Assembly (NCBI RefSeq): GCF_009914755.1
Contig: NC_060941.1
Source: the human T2T-CHM13v2.0 reference genome, Homo sapiens
DNA length: 64,000 bases
Reading direction: 5' to 3' (one strand)
Below are positions 14,761 through 27,660 of the stretch, piece by piece. A program made the position numbers and the translations under genes. The notes under the pieces are model-generated. The model searched no databases, was not told where the DNA came from, and was given only the letters and a program-made list of their open reading frames with translations. Positions within the stretch are counted from its first letter, which is position 1; every line of letters starts with the position of its first letter.

Positions 14761-15047
14761 TTTACATTTTTAAATATATATTTATTAATTTTCCCATCAG
14801 GCTGCTAGCTATTCATTTGTTGTTAATTTATAATTTTTATGTTATGAGAAGGTGCTCTACACTTCTCTTTTTCAGAATTCTAGAATTATGGTTTGTTTTC
14901 TACTTTAATTTTAAATTTATTTCTAGGAGATAACAAAGATATTACATGTCTTTAGAAAGGCTTATTTCTCACATTCCTTTGACTGTTTCAGATTTAACAC
15001 AAATAGCATCTCTAAGAGGTAGTTAGAAAGGTTGGTCGTAGTTTTAA

Positions 15048-15422
<375 letters not shown>

Positions 15423-16493
15423 TATTTTCTGTTAATCTCTATGTGAATAGTATTAACATGATGAAATGAGATGTATATGTCAAAGTTATACCTAAGCTAT
15501 TAACACACTCTATAGAGTGATAATTATGCAAATAATGTAAGTTAGTTGTAATAATGTTGGTATAACAGTAGACTGAGAATAATTATAAGGAAGATTGCTA
15601 GGTAATATCCTTTTTAAACATTTTTTCTGTGGATGTAACAAACAAAAATTCCACCTTTTGATAATTTGGAATATGTTACTGAAGAGGATTCTGCTTAAAT
15701 TTATCTTTTGACTCTTAATTAGCTCACGTTTAATTAACTTAATCAACATTTATGTATCTGCTGTTCTATGAAATGTATGTTGAGTGAAGGGGTTGCAATG
15801 AGAAGAAATTAGAGCTCCGTGGATCTGAATTGAGAGGATGCATATTGCAGCATCAACATGGTCTTTCAGAGATGCTAAGGGAGTTAAAATTAACATAATA
15901 CCACAGAAGCATGATCAAAGACTTATTTGAATGAAAAAATACACAATTGTTACAGATATGCTAATGTTGACTTTCCAATATACTAAAATTGATTAACACT
16001 GAAAAACCCCTCCTTTTATAGAATGTAACAAAATGTGAATTGAATTGTGTCTTTTTGTTTGTTTGGTTTGGTTTTGACACAGTGACATTATGCCAACATT
16101 TTTTGAGGCCAGTATTTTGTTTTCAGTTTCTCCAAAGTGTGCTCTACACATTATGATGTAATGAATGGCAAGGTTACATAAGGGAGATAAATTATCTTAC
16201 CTCCCTGACTTCCTTTTTCTGAATTACTAAGATGCAGTGAAAATCTTGATTTTTCTTTTTGGATGTTGTTTCAAATGTGAATATATTAGGCTTCATGGGT
16301 TTTTATCCAAGATATGTGTTCCATACCCCAATTCACTCAAAATAAAAGTTAGAGTACAACCCGAAATGGAAATATGACTATCGCAGCACTCTTAGGAAAT
16401 GCTAATGTCAAAAGATTTAGGGAACTTCTAAAAACATCAGAAATGTCCTACTTTCAAAGCTTCCCTTAAGTCTGTCCTCTTTAGAAATTGTGA

Positions 16494-16650
16494 GGGATAG
16501 CATTAGGAGATATACCTAATGCTAAATGATGAGTTAATGGGTGCAACCCACCAACATGGCACATGTATACATATGTAACAAACCTGCACATTGTGTACAT
16601 GTACCCTAAAACTTAAAGTATAATAATAATAAAATTGAATTAAAAAAAAA
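16494..16650 (+). mobile_element. Severely 5'-truncated young L1 (L1PA2/3-like 3' end)
   Basis: gggatagcattaggagatatacctaatgctaaatgatgagttaatgggtgc...gtaccctaaaacttaaagtataataa plus A tail; exact TSD agaaattgtga (16483 / 16651). Confidence 0.92.
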
Positions 16651-18010
16651 AGAAATTGTGAAGTTATTTCCTGTATCCTGAAGGCCTGGGTTGGAATGTT
16701 CTAGTCCCTTCCTAGCCCTCCAGATAGCAAGCTCTGTGTCTTTGAGGCAGATGGACACACTCTATTTTTATTCTAGGGCCAGAGGTATAGATCGCAGTAG
16801 GTACCTGAATAAATAAAATTTGTAGCATCTATTCCTCTGGAAAATTAAAGTACTGCTCAGAACCAGTTCTTGAAAAATGCATTACTTGATCTATTTCTGT
16901 AGGATGCACTTTCTTTCGACAGAAGTTTATCTATTTGACTTGTGAGTTGGCTTCTAGTGAGCTGGCTTCTGACTCTCAATGCTAATACCTGGTTCTTTTG
17001 CAATAGGTGTTTTCAGTCATTATTTCTTTTGATATTAAACCAATGGGGCTTTGTGAGATGCCAAATAATTTTTTGTAAGCATCACAGTCCTGGTTTCCAA
17101 AGCAGAAGGTATTTAGAATGAATGTCAAATTTGTTCATTTGCTCATTCACTGAATATTTGCTCAACAAATATTTTTTAATTCCAATATCATGCTGATAAT
17201 TCTTCTTGCTGAAAATCCCTGCCTGAAATTAATTGCCAGATGAATGTAGAGAAACATACATATTTGGAAAAACATAATAAAGAGATCCACAGAGGACTCA
17301 TAATGAATACCGAGAATAAGGATCAGGGTGGTAGAAATGAGAAGGAGATTTTGCTTGAAGTGAGACATAAACTTCTAATTGGTTTCAAGGTTTATACTTT
17401 CAATCACATCATTTAGCAAAAAGGAGTGAGCTCAGCATTTTCTAACCTGTAGACAAGATGAAAATAATTTGTGCCGAATATGTAGTTTTTTCTTTCCTCT
17501 TTCCAGGTTTTAAAAAAAGATAGAAATAAAAGAAAGAATAGAAAATTAGGCTAGACATCTTAGTAGAAGCATGAGCCTCTTTTGTAGATTTAGTAAAACC
17601 TTATTAATTCTTATTATACTCAAAATGAAATTAAGATAATTTTATAAAGATCTTAGCTGAATTACACATTAACACAGAAAAAAATAATTGCTAAGAAAAT
17701 TGATATGGAAAATTCTTCAGTATGTAATAACTCTTTTGAAATATACTTAGAATATCTCTTTACATATTATAATTTTGAATAGAATAAAGTAATAAATCCA
17801 TAGTTTGGAGAAGATTCCTCTGATCATGGTAAATATGGAAAAAGTGATAAGAGATGACAGAAAACAGCAACAGATACCAGTTAAGAGAGAATTATAATGG
17901 CTGGGCTTGAGTCAAGGACTATACAAAGATGATGACAGAATGGTGGGGGTGGGGGGCGAAGCATATCTTCAAGCTCTTTTATGAAGAATAAAAAGGTAGA
18001 CTAGAGTTTG

Positions 18011-18553
18011 TGTGATTAAGTAGCTTCTAAAACGCTCCCCAGGATTTCAGCCATATAGTATTCACAATCCTGTATATTCCCCTCCTGTCGAGTTTGGGCT
18101 GAACCTAGTGACTAGTTTCAAAAGAATAAAATAGGATAGAATTGCTCTAAAGATAGCAAATGGGATGGGATGTCATACTGAGGTTAGGTTATAAAAGACT
18201 GACTTTTGCTTTGATCTCTCTGTCTTGTCTCATTTACTCACTCTGATGAAGCAAGCTGCTGTGATACGAGCTGCTGTAAAAACGGAGGCCTCCAGACCAA
18301 CAGCCAGGGAGTAGGTGGGTTCTGCCAACAACTACATGCGTGAGTGTGGAAACAGATCCATCCCCACTTGAGCCTTGGGAAGACTTCAGTCCTAGCTGGC
18401 ACCATCATTCAGCCTGTGAGGAACCCCGAGCCAAGAATACAGCTAAGCTATAATTGTATTCCTGACCAACAGGAATTGTAAGATAATATAGCTGCTGTTT
18501 TAAGTTATTAAGTTTTGGGGTAATTGGTTACGTAATAATTGATAACTAATACA
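18011..18553 (+). mobile_element. MLT1F-family solo LTR
   Basis: tgtg...gggctgaacctagtgact..ttc...gggatgtca..ctgagg.taggttataaaagac...ggggtaattggttac...gataactaataca. Confidence 0.75.
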
Positions 18554-19728
18554 GTCTAATTCACTTCTCCCTCCGTGTCTCTAATACCCAGAGGCGATCT
18601 AATCAGGCTACTTGACTGGGAGAAGTCAAAACAAAGCAACAATAATAAACAGTAAATATCACAAGTATTACTTTATTATTTTGTTACTTTCCTGTAATCT
18701 AGTATGTATTTATGCCATTTGATTATTAAAAATTATCTGGGCCATTATTTCCACTTCTGGGAAGGAATCACAGAAGACTAATCCAAGAGAAAATTAAAAT
18801 TATATGCACAAATTTGCTCATACTATAGTCACCTATAATTTTAGAAAATGGGAAGCTATTGGTTATTCATCTGTGTAAGAATAGTTAAGTATGTTATATG
18901 ATGCAGCTACTCAAGGGAACATGACCCAAAATTGACTTTGAAGGCTAAATAGAAATAAATTAAATAATTTATGTAGTCTTGAAGTGAAAGGTGCAGAACA
19001 GAAAATGATACATCTGCATTAAATTATGTCTGCTCAAAGTACAAAGATCATACCAGAAATGTTAAAATGATTAATTTTTAGTAGAGAAGTATCCTAGAGA
19101 GATAATAGGGAAACCATGACAAAATTTTGAAAGACTTGTCTTTGAATATTGCATCAAGAATTAATTAGCTGTGTGATTGTGAGCAAGCATTTAATGCCTT
19201 GTCTTGACAAATATGCTAAAGACATAATTATATTACCGATTATTGTTAGAATGAAATGAGGAGTGTGTATAAAGTACCTTATACAATGTTGGCACAATGG
19301 CACAATGTTGATGTTTGTTGCCTTTTATTTCTACTGTTGTTAATGTATATAGACATCTAAAAATTATATATTAAATTTCTTGCTTTATACCTGGTATTGC
19401 TTGAAAGGAGTGATTTGAACATTTTGTTGCCACCATAAAAACTGATTATACTCCATGCTCTGTTGTGTTGTACTATTTTGTTTGCGACCATTGTGTAACT
19501 ATTTTGGGATGTCACTAGCAGAATATCTTTTAAAGTACTCTAGTTCCTGCAAATCTTTGTAGTGTAGAGTTTGAAGTTCATATTTCCTCCAAGTTTTGTA
19601 AAATATAGTCATATTGGTTAGAGTAAAATTCCATCACTTGACTTTAAGTACAAATGATAAGTTTTTTTATTTGAAGTTGGTTTTTCTAGGGAAAAGAATT
19701 TTTCAGAATTTCCTTGGTTTGCTGAACT

Positions 19729-19731
<3 letters not shown>

Positions 19732-19783
<52 letters not shown>
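19732..19783. repeat. (TA)26 microsatellite
   Basis: Perfect dinucleotide run. Confidence 0.98.
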
Positions 19784-19786
<3 letters not shown>

Positions 19787-21269
19787 GTTATTTTTGTTTT
19801 ACTCCACTCTCCCCACCCAGAAAGTCTATTGCTTTTGTGTGATACTCTTCTGTTACTTTCTAAAAGTCTGCCTGTGACCATATCATTTGATATTCACTTA
19901 AATAATTTATATACTTAAAAACTCTCTGGGTGATCAATGTATTAGACTGATATAGCAAGAACAAGCTGTTTTCCTTGTTATTAAAGCCACATATGTTTGC
20001 CCATTTTTTCAAATGTGAAATTGAACATGACAAAAATGCATGAGCATTTTCCTGGGTAATACCGCTCTGGTAATTCAGCAGGTCTATAGGTAGATGGCAT
20101 AATTTTAACATAGCATTTCTAAAAATTCTTATACACCATCTTTGGTTACATGAAACACTTTATGAAAGTATGTTATCTGTAGAGATTCTGGAAATATTAA
20201 CTCTTCATCAGATTTTGCTTAAGGTTTCAGTATTCTTAACCCACTTCATTTCTTATTTTTTGTTTGTTACATGGATATAACCAAATGATTTCCCTTTCTA
20301 AAATACTTTCTCATTAGAAAGCTAAATGTAGAGTTCTGAATAAGTGTGCTAGAATAAATAAATTAATGATATCAATTGTTAAAAATGGTATAGTTTCTTT
20401 CACTCTCAGATAAATTACTCTATATCAATCGCCTCTGTGTTTGTGTGCAGAGGAGAGACTCACATTAGTGGCCACTGGACCAGTGGGAGGAAGAGCTTAT
20501 GGGAAGAGACTTCTTTGGCTCATCTCATGTTACATCTTGGAGGTAAGTGACTAGTCTCGAAAATATTAGACTAGATTGTCCCTAGCCTGATTTAACACCT
20601 TTAAATTATGAATGAAAGAATGGAGGTCTGGTATATTGAATACCTTTTCTAGGTTCCATGGCCATCTAATGGTAGAGACGAGAATGATTGTGCAGGAAGT
20701 AACTTCTTTCATACTCAGTTCAGAGTATGTGTTCACATAGAAAATTATGGGATTTGCCTCTGAGATTGAAGAAACAGTATACTGAATGTCATTTGGAGGG
20801 TTTTGAAGTGTAGAAAAAGAGAAATATATCTCTTTGGTTTCCTTTCAGTCTGATACACAATAATGTTTTATTTTTGAATGTCATTTTATGATTTACAAAG
20901 TGCTTTCATGGGCATTCTATTATTTAATAATAATCCTGTGTGAGCCAGACATTTTTACTTCTATTTCACAGTGAAGAAATTTTGGTTCAGAATAGTTAAG
21001 AGACCTTTCAATAGTCACACATTGTGAAGGAAAGAAATTGAGAGAGATTGAAAGAGAAAAAGAGAGAGCTAGAACAAACTCCCAGCATAAACAGAATTAG
21101 TCCATCACCCCCAAAATGAAATTATAGGACATTTAATGCTCTGCAAACCATACGTAGCACAGACAATTTCTGTTTACCAAATATTTATGAGCTTCCCTAT
21201 ATTTTCTAGGACTCTTTTAGTTAGATGGAGCTACTTTACTGATAGATAATAGTTCTAGGTAATTTGCTA

Positions 21270-21535
21270 TAAACAGAAGTTCTGTGGGCCGAATCCCTCT
21301 ATGCTGGCGCGCAACCCTCATTCCTCTCTTTCCCTGCCACAGTGACCTCAAAGGCCCCATCCCAGAAGGCACAGCCACAAAAAACGTGGCCTCCACCAGC
21401 ATGGATCCCTGAATGTAATGGGATCAGAGCCTCCTGCCCACACCTGGTAAGTATATATCATGAGTAATAAATCAACCTTTTGATATTAAGCCACTAAGAT
21501 TTCAGACGTAATTTTTATTGCAGCATGAAGTAAAG
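21270..21535 (+). mobile_element. MLT1J-like LTR fragment
   Basis: tctttccctgccacagtgacc...ggatccctgaatg...atgagtaataaatcaaccttttg..attaagccactaagattt. Confidence 0.55.
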
Positions 21536-21779
21536 TATCTTTTAAAAGTAATCTTTTAAATATTACTATTTTAAAGGAGCAAGAAAATTACATTTTTTCC
21601 ACTATCTTAAGATGTATAAAACGTGTTGCTTTCTGTAGCAGATTTTTTAAAAGACAATTTAGTCAACAAATACTTTTGTCTTTAAATCCTGACATGCACA
21701 ATAGCACAAGCTCAGTGGCTGGTCACCACTCCAGCACTACTAAATGATGGCAAGAAGACCACTTCCAAAGAAGGAGGGA

Positions 21780-22885
21780 CAGGGACAGCTTCATGGTTAC
21801 GTGGCTAGTGGGTTTCACACTCAGAAGCTCCTGTGATTAGAGTTTAATGCACTGCACTTACTGTCTTAATAATCTTAATAGATTTATCTTTGAATTTTGT
21901 TTTGTAAGCAAAATCTGATGGGACAATGGCACTTGAGCCTGGAGCTTGCCTTGGCTCACATGGTATTGCCTCCATCTCTCTCTCCAGGATGAATTCTCAG
22001 CTGCCTGCTCCTCTTATCCTGTGCTCTAGCCTGCCTGGCCCCCCTTTTCCCAATCTGGTCTTGCCACTTTCTGCCACAGGTGGGAACCTGATAGTAGATG
22101 GGAGATTAGGGATAGGCACAAGTGCCCTGTGGTATCCAGAGGCAAGAGTAGAGCATAGTGATGACAATCCCTGCCCTGGGCTGACAACTCAGCAGTGAAT
22201 AGGTGGAGACCAAGGGCATCCAACGCTCAGGTTGCAATATCCTTGGTAATTGCCCATTGCACAGCAGGCTGGGGAAGTGGGCCTGTGGGAAGAGGAGTCA
22301 CCGTCTGGACTCCTCAGATGCTGTCCTGGCTAATGCATGGTATGTAGTCCAGGCAGCTGTTAAGCAGAGCTTGTGCACACATGGCCTGTGTCATTTGGCA
22401 AAACCCTAGGCACATGTGAGGGTCTGGCTCACTCCATGGGTGTCCCCGTGTTAAAGGATGCTTTCCTGGCCTGCTTCATTCCTGGAAGTAACTTCTATTC
22501 CTCCTTCCAACTTTCCTTAATCTGGCTTGTGTTTTTCTCTTCTACTAGCTCCAGGGACTCTCTGGGGATAAGCCATGTAATAAGAATTGTGTAATTACGG
22601 TGCTTCAGCATACAACTTAATATTCTGATATCTGCGTTTAAAAGTGGACTTGCATAATATAAACATGGATGATAAGATCTAATAATTTAAAATTTTATTT
22701 TTTCTTTACTTAGAATTAAATAGCAAATATAGAACATCATGAAGAAACACAAGAGAGAGACAATAAAGGAAAGGAAAAGGCTTTATATTTCAACACACCA
22801 AATGACAAGTTTTTATTGATTTTTGAATGAGGGGCTTAGCATTTTTATTTTGCAATGGGTCCTGAAAATTATTTAGCACATCTTG
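21780..22885 (+). mobile_element. MER45B/C-like hAT-Tip100 non-autonomous DNA transposon
   Basis: Start cagggacagcttcatgg...tttaatgcactgc...tttatctttgaa..ttgt..tttgtaag..aatctgatgggacaatgg; end ttttgcaatgggtcctgaaaattatttagc..atcttg; 8-bp TSD-like aggaggga / aggaagaa. Confidence 0.75.
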
Positions 22886-22902
22886 AGGAAGAACCAGCAT
22901 TG

Positions 22903-22936
<34 letters not shown>
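22903..22936 (+). repeat. A34 homopolymer with no attached SINE/LINE body
   Basis: Pure A run between cattg and tgaaaaccc. Confidence 0.95.
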
Positions 22937-22938
<2 letters not shown>

Positions 22939-23831
22939 AAAACCCTGTAGAATGTGAATAAATCACCCAAAAGTGAGATATCTTTCAATAAGAATCTCCT
23001 GTGGTAAACTCCTGATGCCTTAAGATGCTGTTTAGTTGTCCAGATCGCTTTAAAAATCACAACAACCTGCAGCTGGCCTCACCAAGCTGCCTCTGAAGTC
23101 TTTCTGACTTTGAATTGGGTCCAGCTATACACAAAAGGCTTACATTTCTTCCTTAACTATAACGCTAAAATAAAACATACAAGGTCTAAAAAAGAATTGC
23201 TGAATGGGTTTATCAGATCCCCACAGCAGTGGGAAGTCACAAAGAAAGACAAAACAGTCTTTTGCTTCATACTTGCTTTTGAAATTGCATTCCCTCCAGT
23301 TCCTCTGTGCTTCTTTTGCAAAGGGCAGACTTTATTTCTGCCAAAATCTTTGCAACAGAGCCAACAGAATTTATCTCAAGCTTGGCAGCCAATATACATT
23401 ATCCACAGGTTTCTGGCTAAACTATTAAAATTAATCAGTTGGCAAGCTTTCATTTTAGCAGCTCTAATAAACAAGAGAAGCAGATTCCCAGGGGGTGGAA
23501 ATATCAGTAAATATAGCAGCTTTAAAAGGAAGAAATTCTTCAAAATGTCCGAAGATGGACTCAAGCTTTAGTCAAATGGACCTAAACTACAGTTACAGTA
23601 TGGGCAAAACCATTCATTTTTATTAAGGCATTTTTCAGTGCAAGAGGAATCAAGTCCATTCTATACATAGGATCTCAAACAAACTTTCTTCAGGTTGCAT
23701 GATACAATGTTCTATTTGAGGGGTGGTAGTGTAAAAGAGTCTCTGCAGATACAGTTTGCCTTGTGGATGCTAAAATTTCAGAAGTAGGGGTTTCAAGTAA
23801 TAGGCTTGACTCTGGATATTTAGAAGACATA

Positions 23832-25872
23832 TGTGGCAGGAATAGAAATATTCACCAAATATTCCACATGTTCTGTATGTTTTCTAGTACTCATGCAGTT
23901 AGGCAGAGTCTCACAATTTATTCTAAGCTTGTGACATGCATTCCATTTAGGCTAAAGCATAGAAGTATGAGTTCCCGGGCTTCTCTTCCCCTCTATGAGT
24001 GACACGTTGAATTGCAGATGGTGCAGCTCTGCTCAGTGTAGATTCCTGAGACCCTATGTGGAGTAAGTCCCATGCCAAACTGTGTTGGGCCTGCAGCATA
24101 TTCATTAGGCCAGCCCATGTTGATTGGAAAATGAACACTTGTTGCATTAAGGCACTGGCATTTAGAGGTTAATTTGTAATGCACTATATCTAGCGTGTCC
24201 TAATTAATAATAAGATTAGTACCAATGCTATGATGTGGCCACAGAAAAATTTAAATTTAAAATTTAAAATGATGGAGGTCAATGACACTAATAAAAAAGA
24301 CAGGCAATAACAAAACATTTTGTAATGTTTGTCATGCAATGGCAAAACATTTGGCAAAATGTCCTCCACAGTAAGTTAGATGGGAAATAACATACCTGAT
24401 AAACCACAGCTCTGGGGGAAAGGAATGGAAAACAAGATGATAGTAGTGTTTATTTGTGGTCTTTTTTTTTTGCATTTAGTTTGACATTTTACAAAGAAAG
24501 AGATAAACTCATGAAGGAATTGACCATTTGCAAGTAAAAATGGAAGAGAATAGAAAAATTCCAAAAATGTATGAACTTGTAATGTTGAAAAATAAATTTG
24601 AATGACAATATATTGGCCTTTAGAAAAAATTAGATTAATGGCATGACCTTCAGAACAGTTGATAAAAATCCTTCAGTGGATTAATGTACCACATGACAAA
24701 CAGCAAATTAAGGATATAATGCACAGAAAAGCATATCGATTACTTAAATATGTCAGGGCAAAAGTAACATTAAAAATTTCTTTCTATGTCTCTATTCTAT
24801 GTGCCCACCATTAATTGCAGACAAAAGTTTTGGTGTCAAGAAGGCAAATAGCAAACTTGGACCAATTTTTCAAAAGAACTGTATGTTATGGGGGGAGGCT
24901 GGCAGTACTAATTACTTTCATTTAAAAATGACAGGCAAATAAATATAAAGTCTACTAAACTTTTGAGACAGTGACAAAGAAATAATAAACTTGGACTAGA
25001 ACATCTTGGGTCACAATCTTCTATGGATAAGGTGTGGATTACCCCAATGATCACTTTTGTAGGATATGTGGCAAGGAACAATGAACCTTCCAGACCAGTG
25101 AACCCAGTGCCAGGGAGAACAATGAATAAGAGGACTCCTCCTACAAAGCAGAATCTAGACCAAATATAAAATTCACCTCTACTCTTAGGCTTGCTGTTCT
25201 ATATGATGGGTGCCCAGTCGCATTGCAGATTTGGACCTATAACTGATGCATGGCTCCAGCTTTCATCAGACACTGATTATTGTGCACCCTGTATTGGGTG
25301 CAAAACTGGAAGAGTGAAATTTTATGCTATATTTTATTAATAGACTTTCATACCAAAAATTTCAACCACCTTTGGTGTAGAGGCTATTGTACATACCAGT
25401 GACCCTAGGTTTTGAGGTGACACAGTGACTGGCTAAGACTTTTGTGTCCTCCCAATGGGAGATTGTGAGTGTGTTATAGATGGAGAAGAAAAGAGTAGAG
25501 AGATTTTTTTTTTTATTTCCACAAGAATGAAGTATAGCTGAGATTATGATAATCAAAATATTCCAAATGCTGCTCTATATTCCGAGCCTCTATGAAAAAA
25601 GAAGGGGTAACGTGGCTAATTATGCAATAAAGAACATGTCAGATCCAAGTGTCTCAAGTCTCTCTTCCTATGCTATAGTGACTAGTGACATTTTCAGTGG
25701 TGGAAATTTCCATCAGCTGATGCTGTTGAGGAGTCATGTGAAGCAGTTTTCTACCCCAACTCCCATATATAGCCATATTCCTCATGAAAAAAAAATAAGG
25801 CTTGGTTTAATTAAACAATTGAAAATTCTGAGTTAATGTCTTACTGCCACATAATCTGATTTAACCTAATAC
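23832..25872 (+). mobile_element. Degenerate ancient MaLR provirus (MLT1J-like LTR ~23832-24210, internal region, LTR ~25530-25872)
   Basis: Two MLT1-like LTR bodies ending ..taattaata / ..acctaataca; the internal region starts gattagtacca (cf. ttggtacc) and ends with an MLT-int-like purine tract. Confidence 0.5.
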
Positions 25873-25974
25873 AAGATGATATATGGAATATAATTTCAAA
25901 TGAATGGAAAAATGTGAGAATGAAACCAGTGAGTTTCTATGATTACAGAGGAAGTTCATCTCCAGTGAAAGTGA

Positions 25975-26210
25975 TGTGGAAAAGAGTCCAAAATTTGTAA
26001 TATGGTAGACCTGATTTGAATCTACTCCCTTTTTATATATATATATATTTTTTATTATATTTTAAGTTCTAGGGTACCCTTTCATATTATTAATTCTGTG
26101 GGGTTGAACGTGTTATTTAAACTTTTTAGCCTTAATTTCTTCACAGATAAAGTGGAAATAAAACCTACCTTATAGATTATTATAAATATTAATGAGAAAA
26201 TGTTATATAA
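25975..26210 (+). mobile_element. MIR, interrupted by a tiny L1 piece
   Basis: agacctgatttgaatc...gttatttaaact..ttagccttaatttcttcac..ataaagtgga. Confidence 0.65.
26031..26077 (-). mobile_element. Ultra-short L1PA 3'-terminal insertion
   Basis: Reverse complement reads gtaccctagaacttaaaatataataaaaaatatatat (L1PA terminus plus tail); flanked by cccttt on both sides. Confidence 0.7.
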
Positions 26211-26376
26211 GGGGTCTTTTACTATGCAATGGCAATATAAGACCAGCTAGTTCTCCTTTTTTCCCAGCCCTACCATTATTGGATGGACATGGTAAAAATG
26301 AAAATAAAAGTCATCAAGTGAAGTATGGGATTGCCACAGAAACTCAACTGCATTTCAGAGAAATGCAACTAACTGA

Positions 26377-26472
26377 ACATACAAAGCTCATCCAACCTCA
26401 GAACTCATCAGTAAATGGTTAAAATAAGCATTTATTGCTGAGTTCTGAGGTTGGGTTGAGCTTTGTGTATGT
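26377..26472. repeat. Long imperfect inverted repeat (~41-bp arms, 11-nt loop)
   Basis: acatacaaagctcatccaacctcagaactcatcagtaaatg / catttattgctgagttctgaggttgggttgagctttgtgtatgt. Confidence 0.92.
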
Positions 26473-26689
26473 AATGTTTTAGATAGGTAACAGAAATTCT
26501 TGCAGCTGCCCAAAACTATCAACTGTGGTGCCAGATTCTAGTGAAATTAAAAGTACATAACTTTGCAGCAATTTTTTTAAAAAGCAAAAATAAAATAAGC
26601 AATTAAAAACTCCAAGTAGGTCAAATAGAATGAGTCAGTGGCTAGAAGATTAAGATTAAACCATGAATTTGTCAGTGTATGGACCATGA

Positions 26690-26900
26690 AGTGAGATCAA
26701 GGCTGAGTCTCTTGTGTAAAACTGCCTGTGTTCAAGTCCCAGTTCATCCACTAATTTTAAGCAAGTCTCTATACATCTCTAGTTCTTAGTTTTCTGTATG
26801 TGAAATGAGAATGATTGCATCTCCTTCATATGTTGGATGTGAGGAATAACAATACCTGTAAAGCAGGTATCGTACTGCCTGGCAGGTACTCCGTAAATGT
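26690..26900 (+). mobile_element. MIR SINE
   Basis: ctgcctgtgttcaagtcccagttc..ccact...gcaagt...cttagttttct..atgtgaaatgagaat. Confidence 0.7.
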
Positions 26901-27158
26901 TAGTCTTCATTAGTAATATGACCACCATCATCAACATCATCATTATTAATGTTGGATATGGACAATTTAAAGGGCAACTTAAAACTGGGGAGGATTGTAA
27001 GGATAAAAAAATGGTAGGATAAAAAAAGAATACGAATCTGGTAGTGTTTAGGAAGGTTTGTAAGCCATCTAAGGTTTAGTTCTCTGATCAAGCATTGCAC
27101 ACTAAACACACAGGTACACTTCCAATCTTCATTCCTATAAGAAGAGTTAATCAAGTTA

Positions 27159-27660
27159 TAGTTGATCATTGAACAACATGGGGTTGGGGTCGCAGACCTT
27201 CCATTCAGTTGAAAATTTATGTATAACTTTGACTTCTCCAAAACTTTATTAATAGCCTACTGTTAGCCACAAGCCCTACTGATAACATAAACAGTTGATT
27301 AACATATATTTTGTATGGAATATTTATAATATATGGCATTCTTACAATACAGTAAGATGGAGAAGAGAAAATGTTATTATATAAATCATAAGGAAGAGAA
27401 AATATATTTACATTTATTAAGTGAAAGTGAATAATCATAAAGGTCTTCATCCTCATTGTCTTTACGTTGAGTTGGGTAAGGAGAAGGAAGAAAGAGAGAA
27501 GTTGGTTTTGTTATCTTAGGGATGGCAGAAGTAGAAGAATTGTGGGGGGTGGAAATGGAGTTAGGAGAGGTGGGCACACTTGACTTCAACTTTTGTTGAA
27601 AAAAAATCTGTGTATAAGTGGACTGGTGAGTTCAAATCTGTGTTGTACAAAGGTCAACTG
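27159..27660 (-). mobile_element. Tigger2a (MER28)-like TcMar-Tigger MITE
   Basis: TIRs tagttgatcattgaacaacatggg ... tgtgttgtacaaaggtcaactg; TA / TG target duplication. Confidence 0.85.

Noticed and set aside
23110-23571. 153-aa ORF in unique DNA
   Set aside because: TTG start, no recognisable domain, composition typical of AT-rich non-coding DNA, no supporting exon structure.
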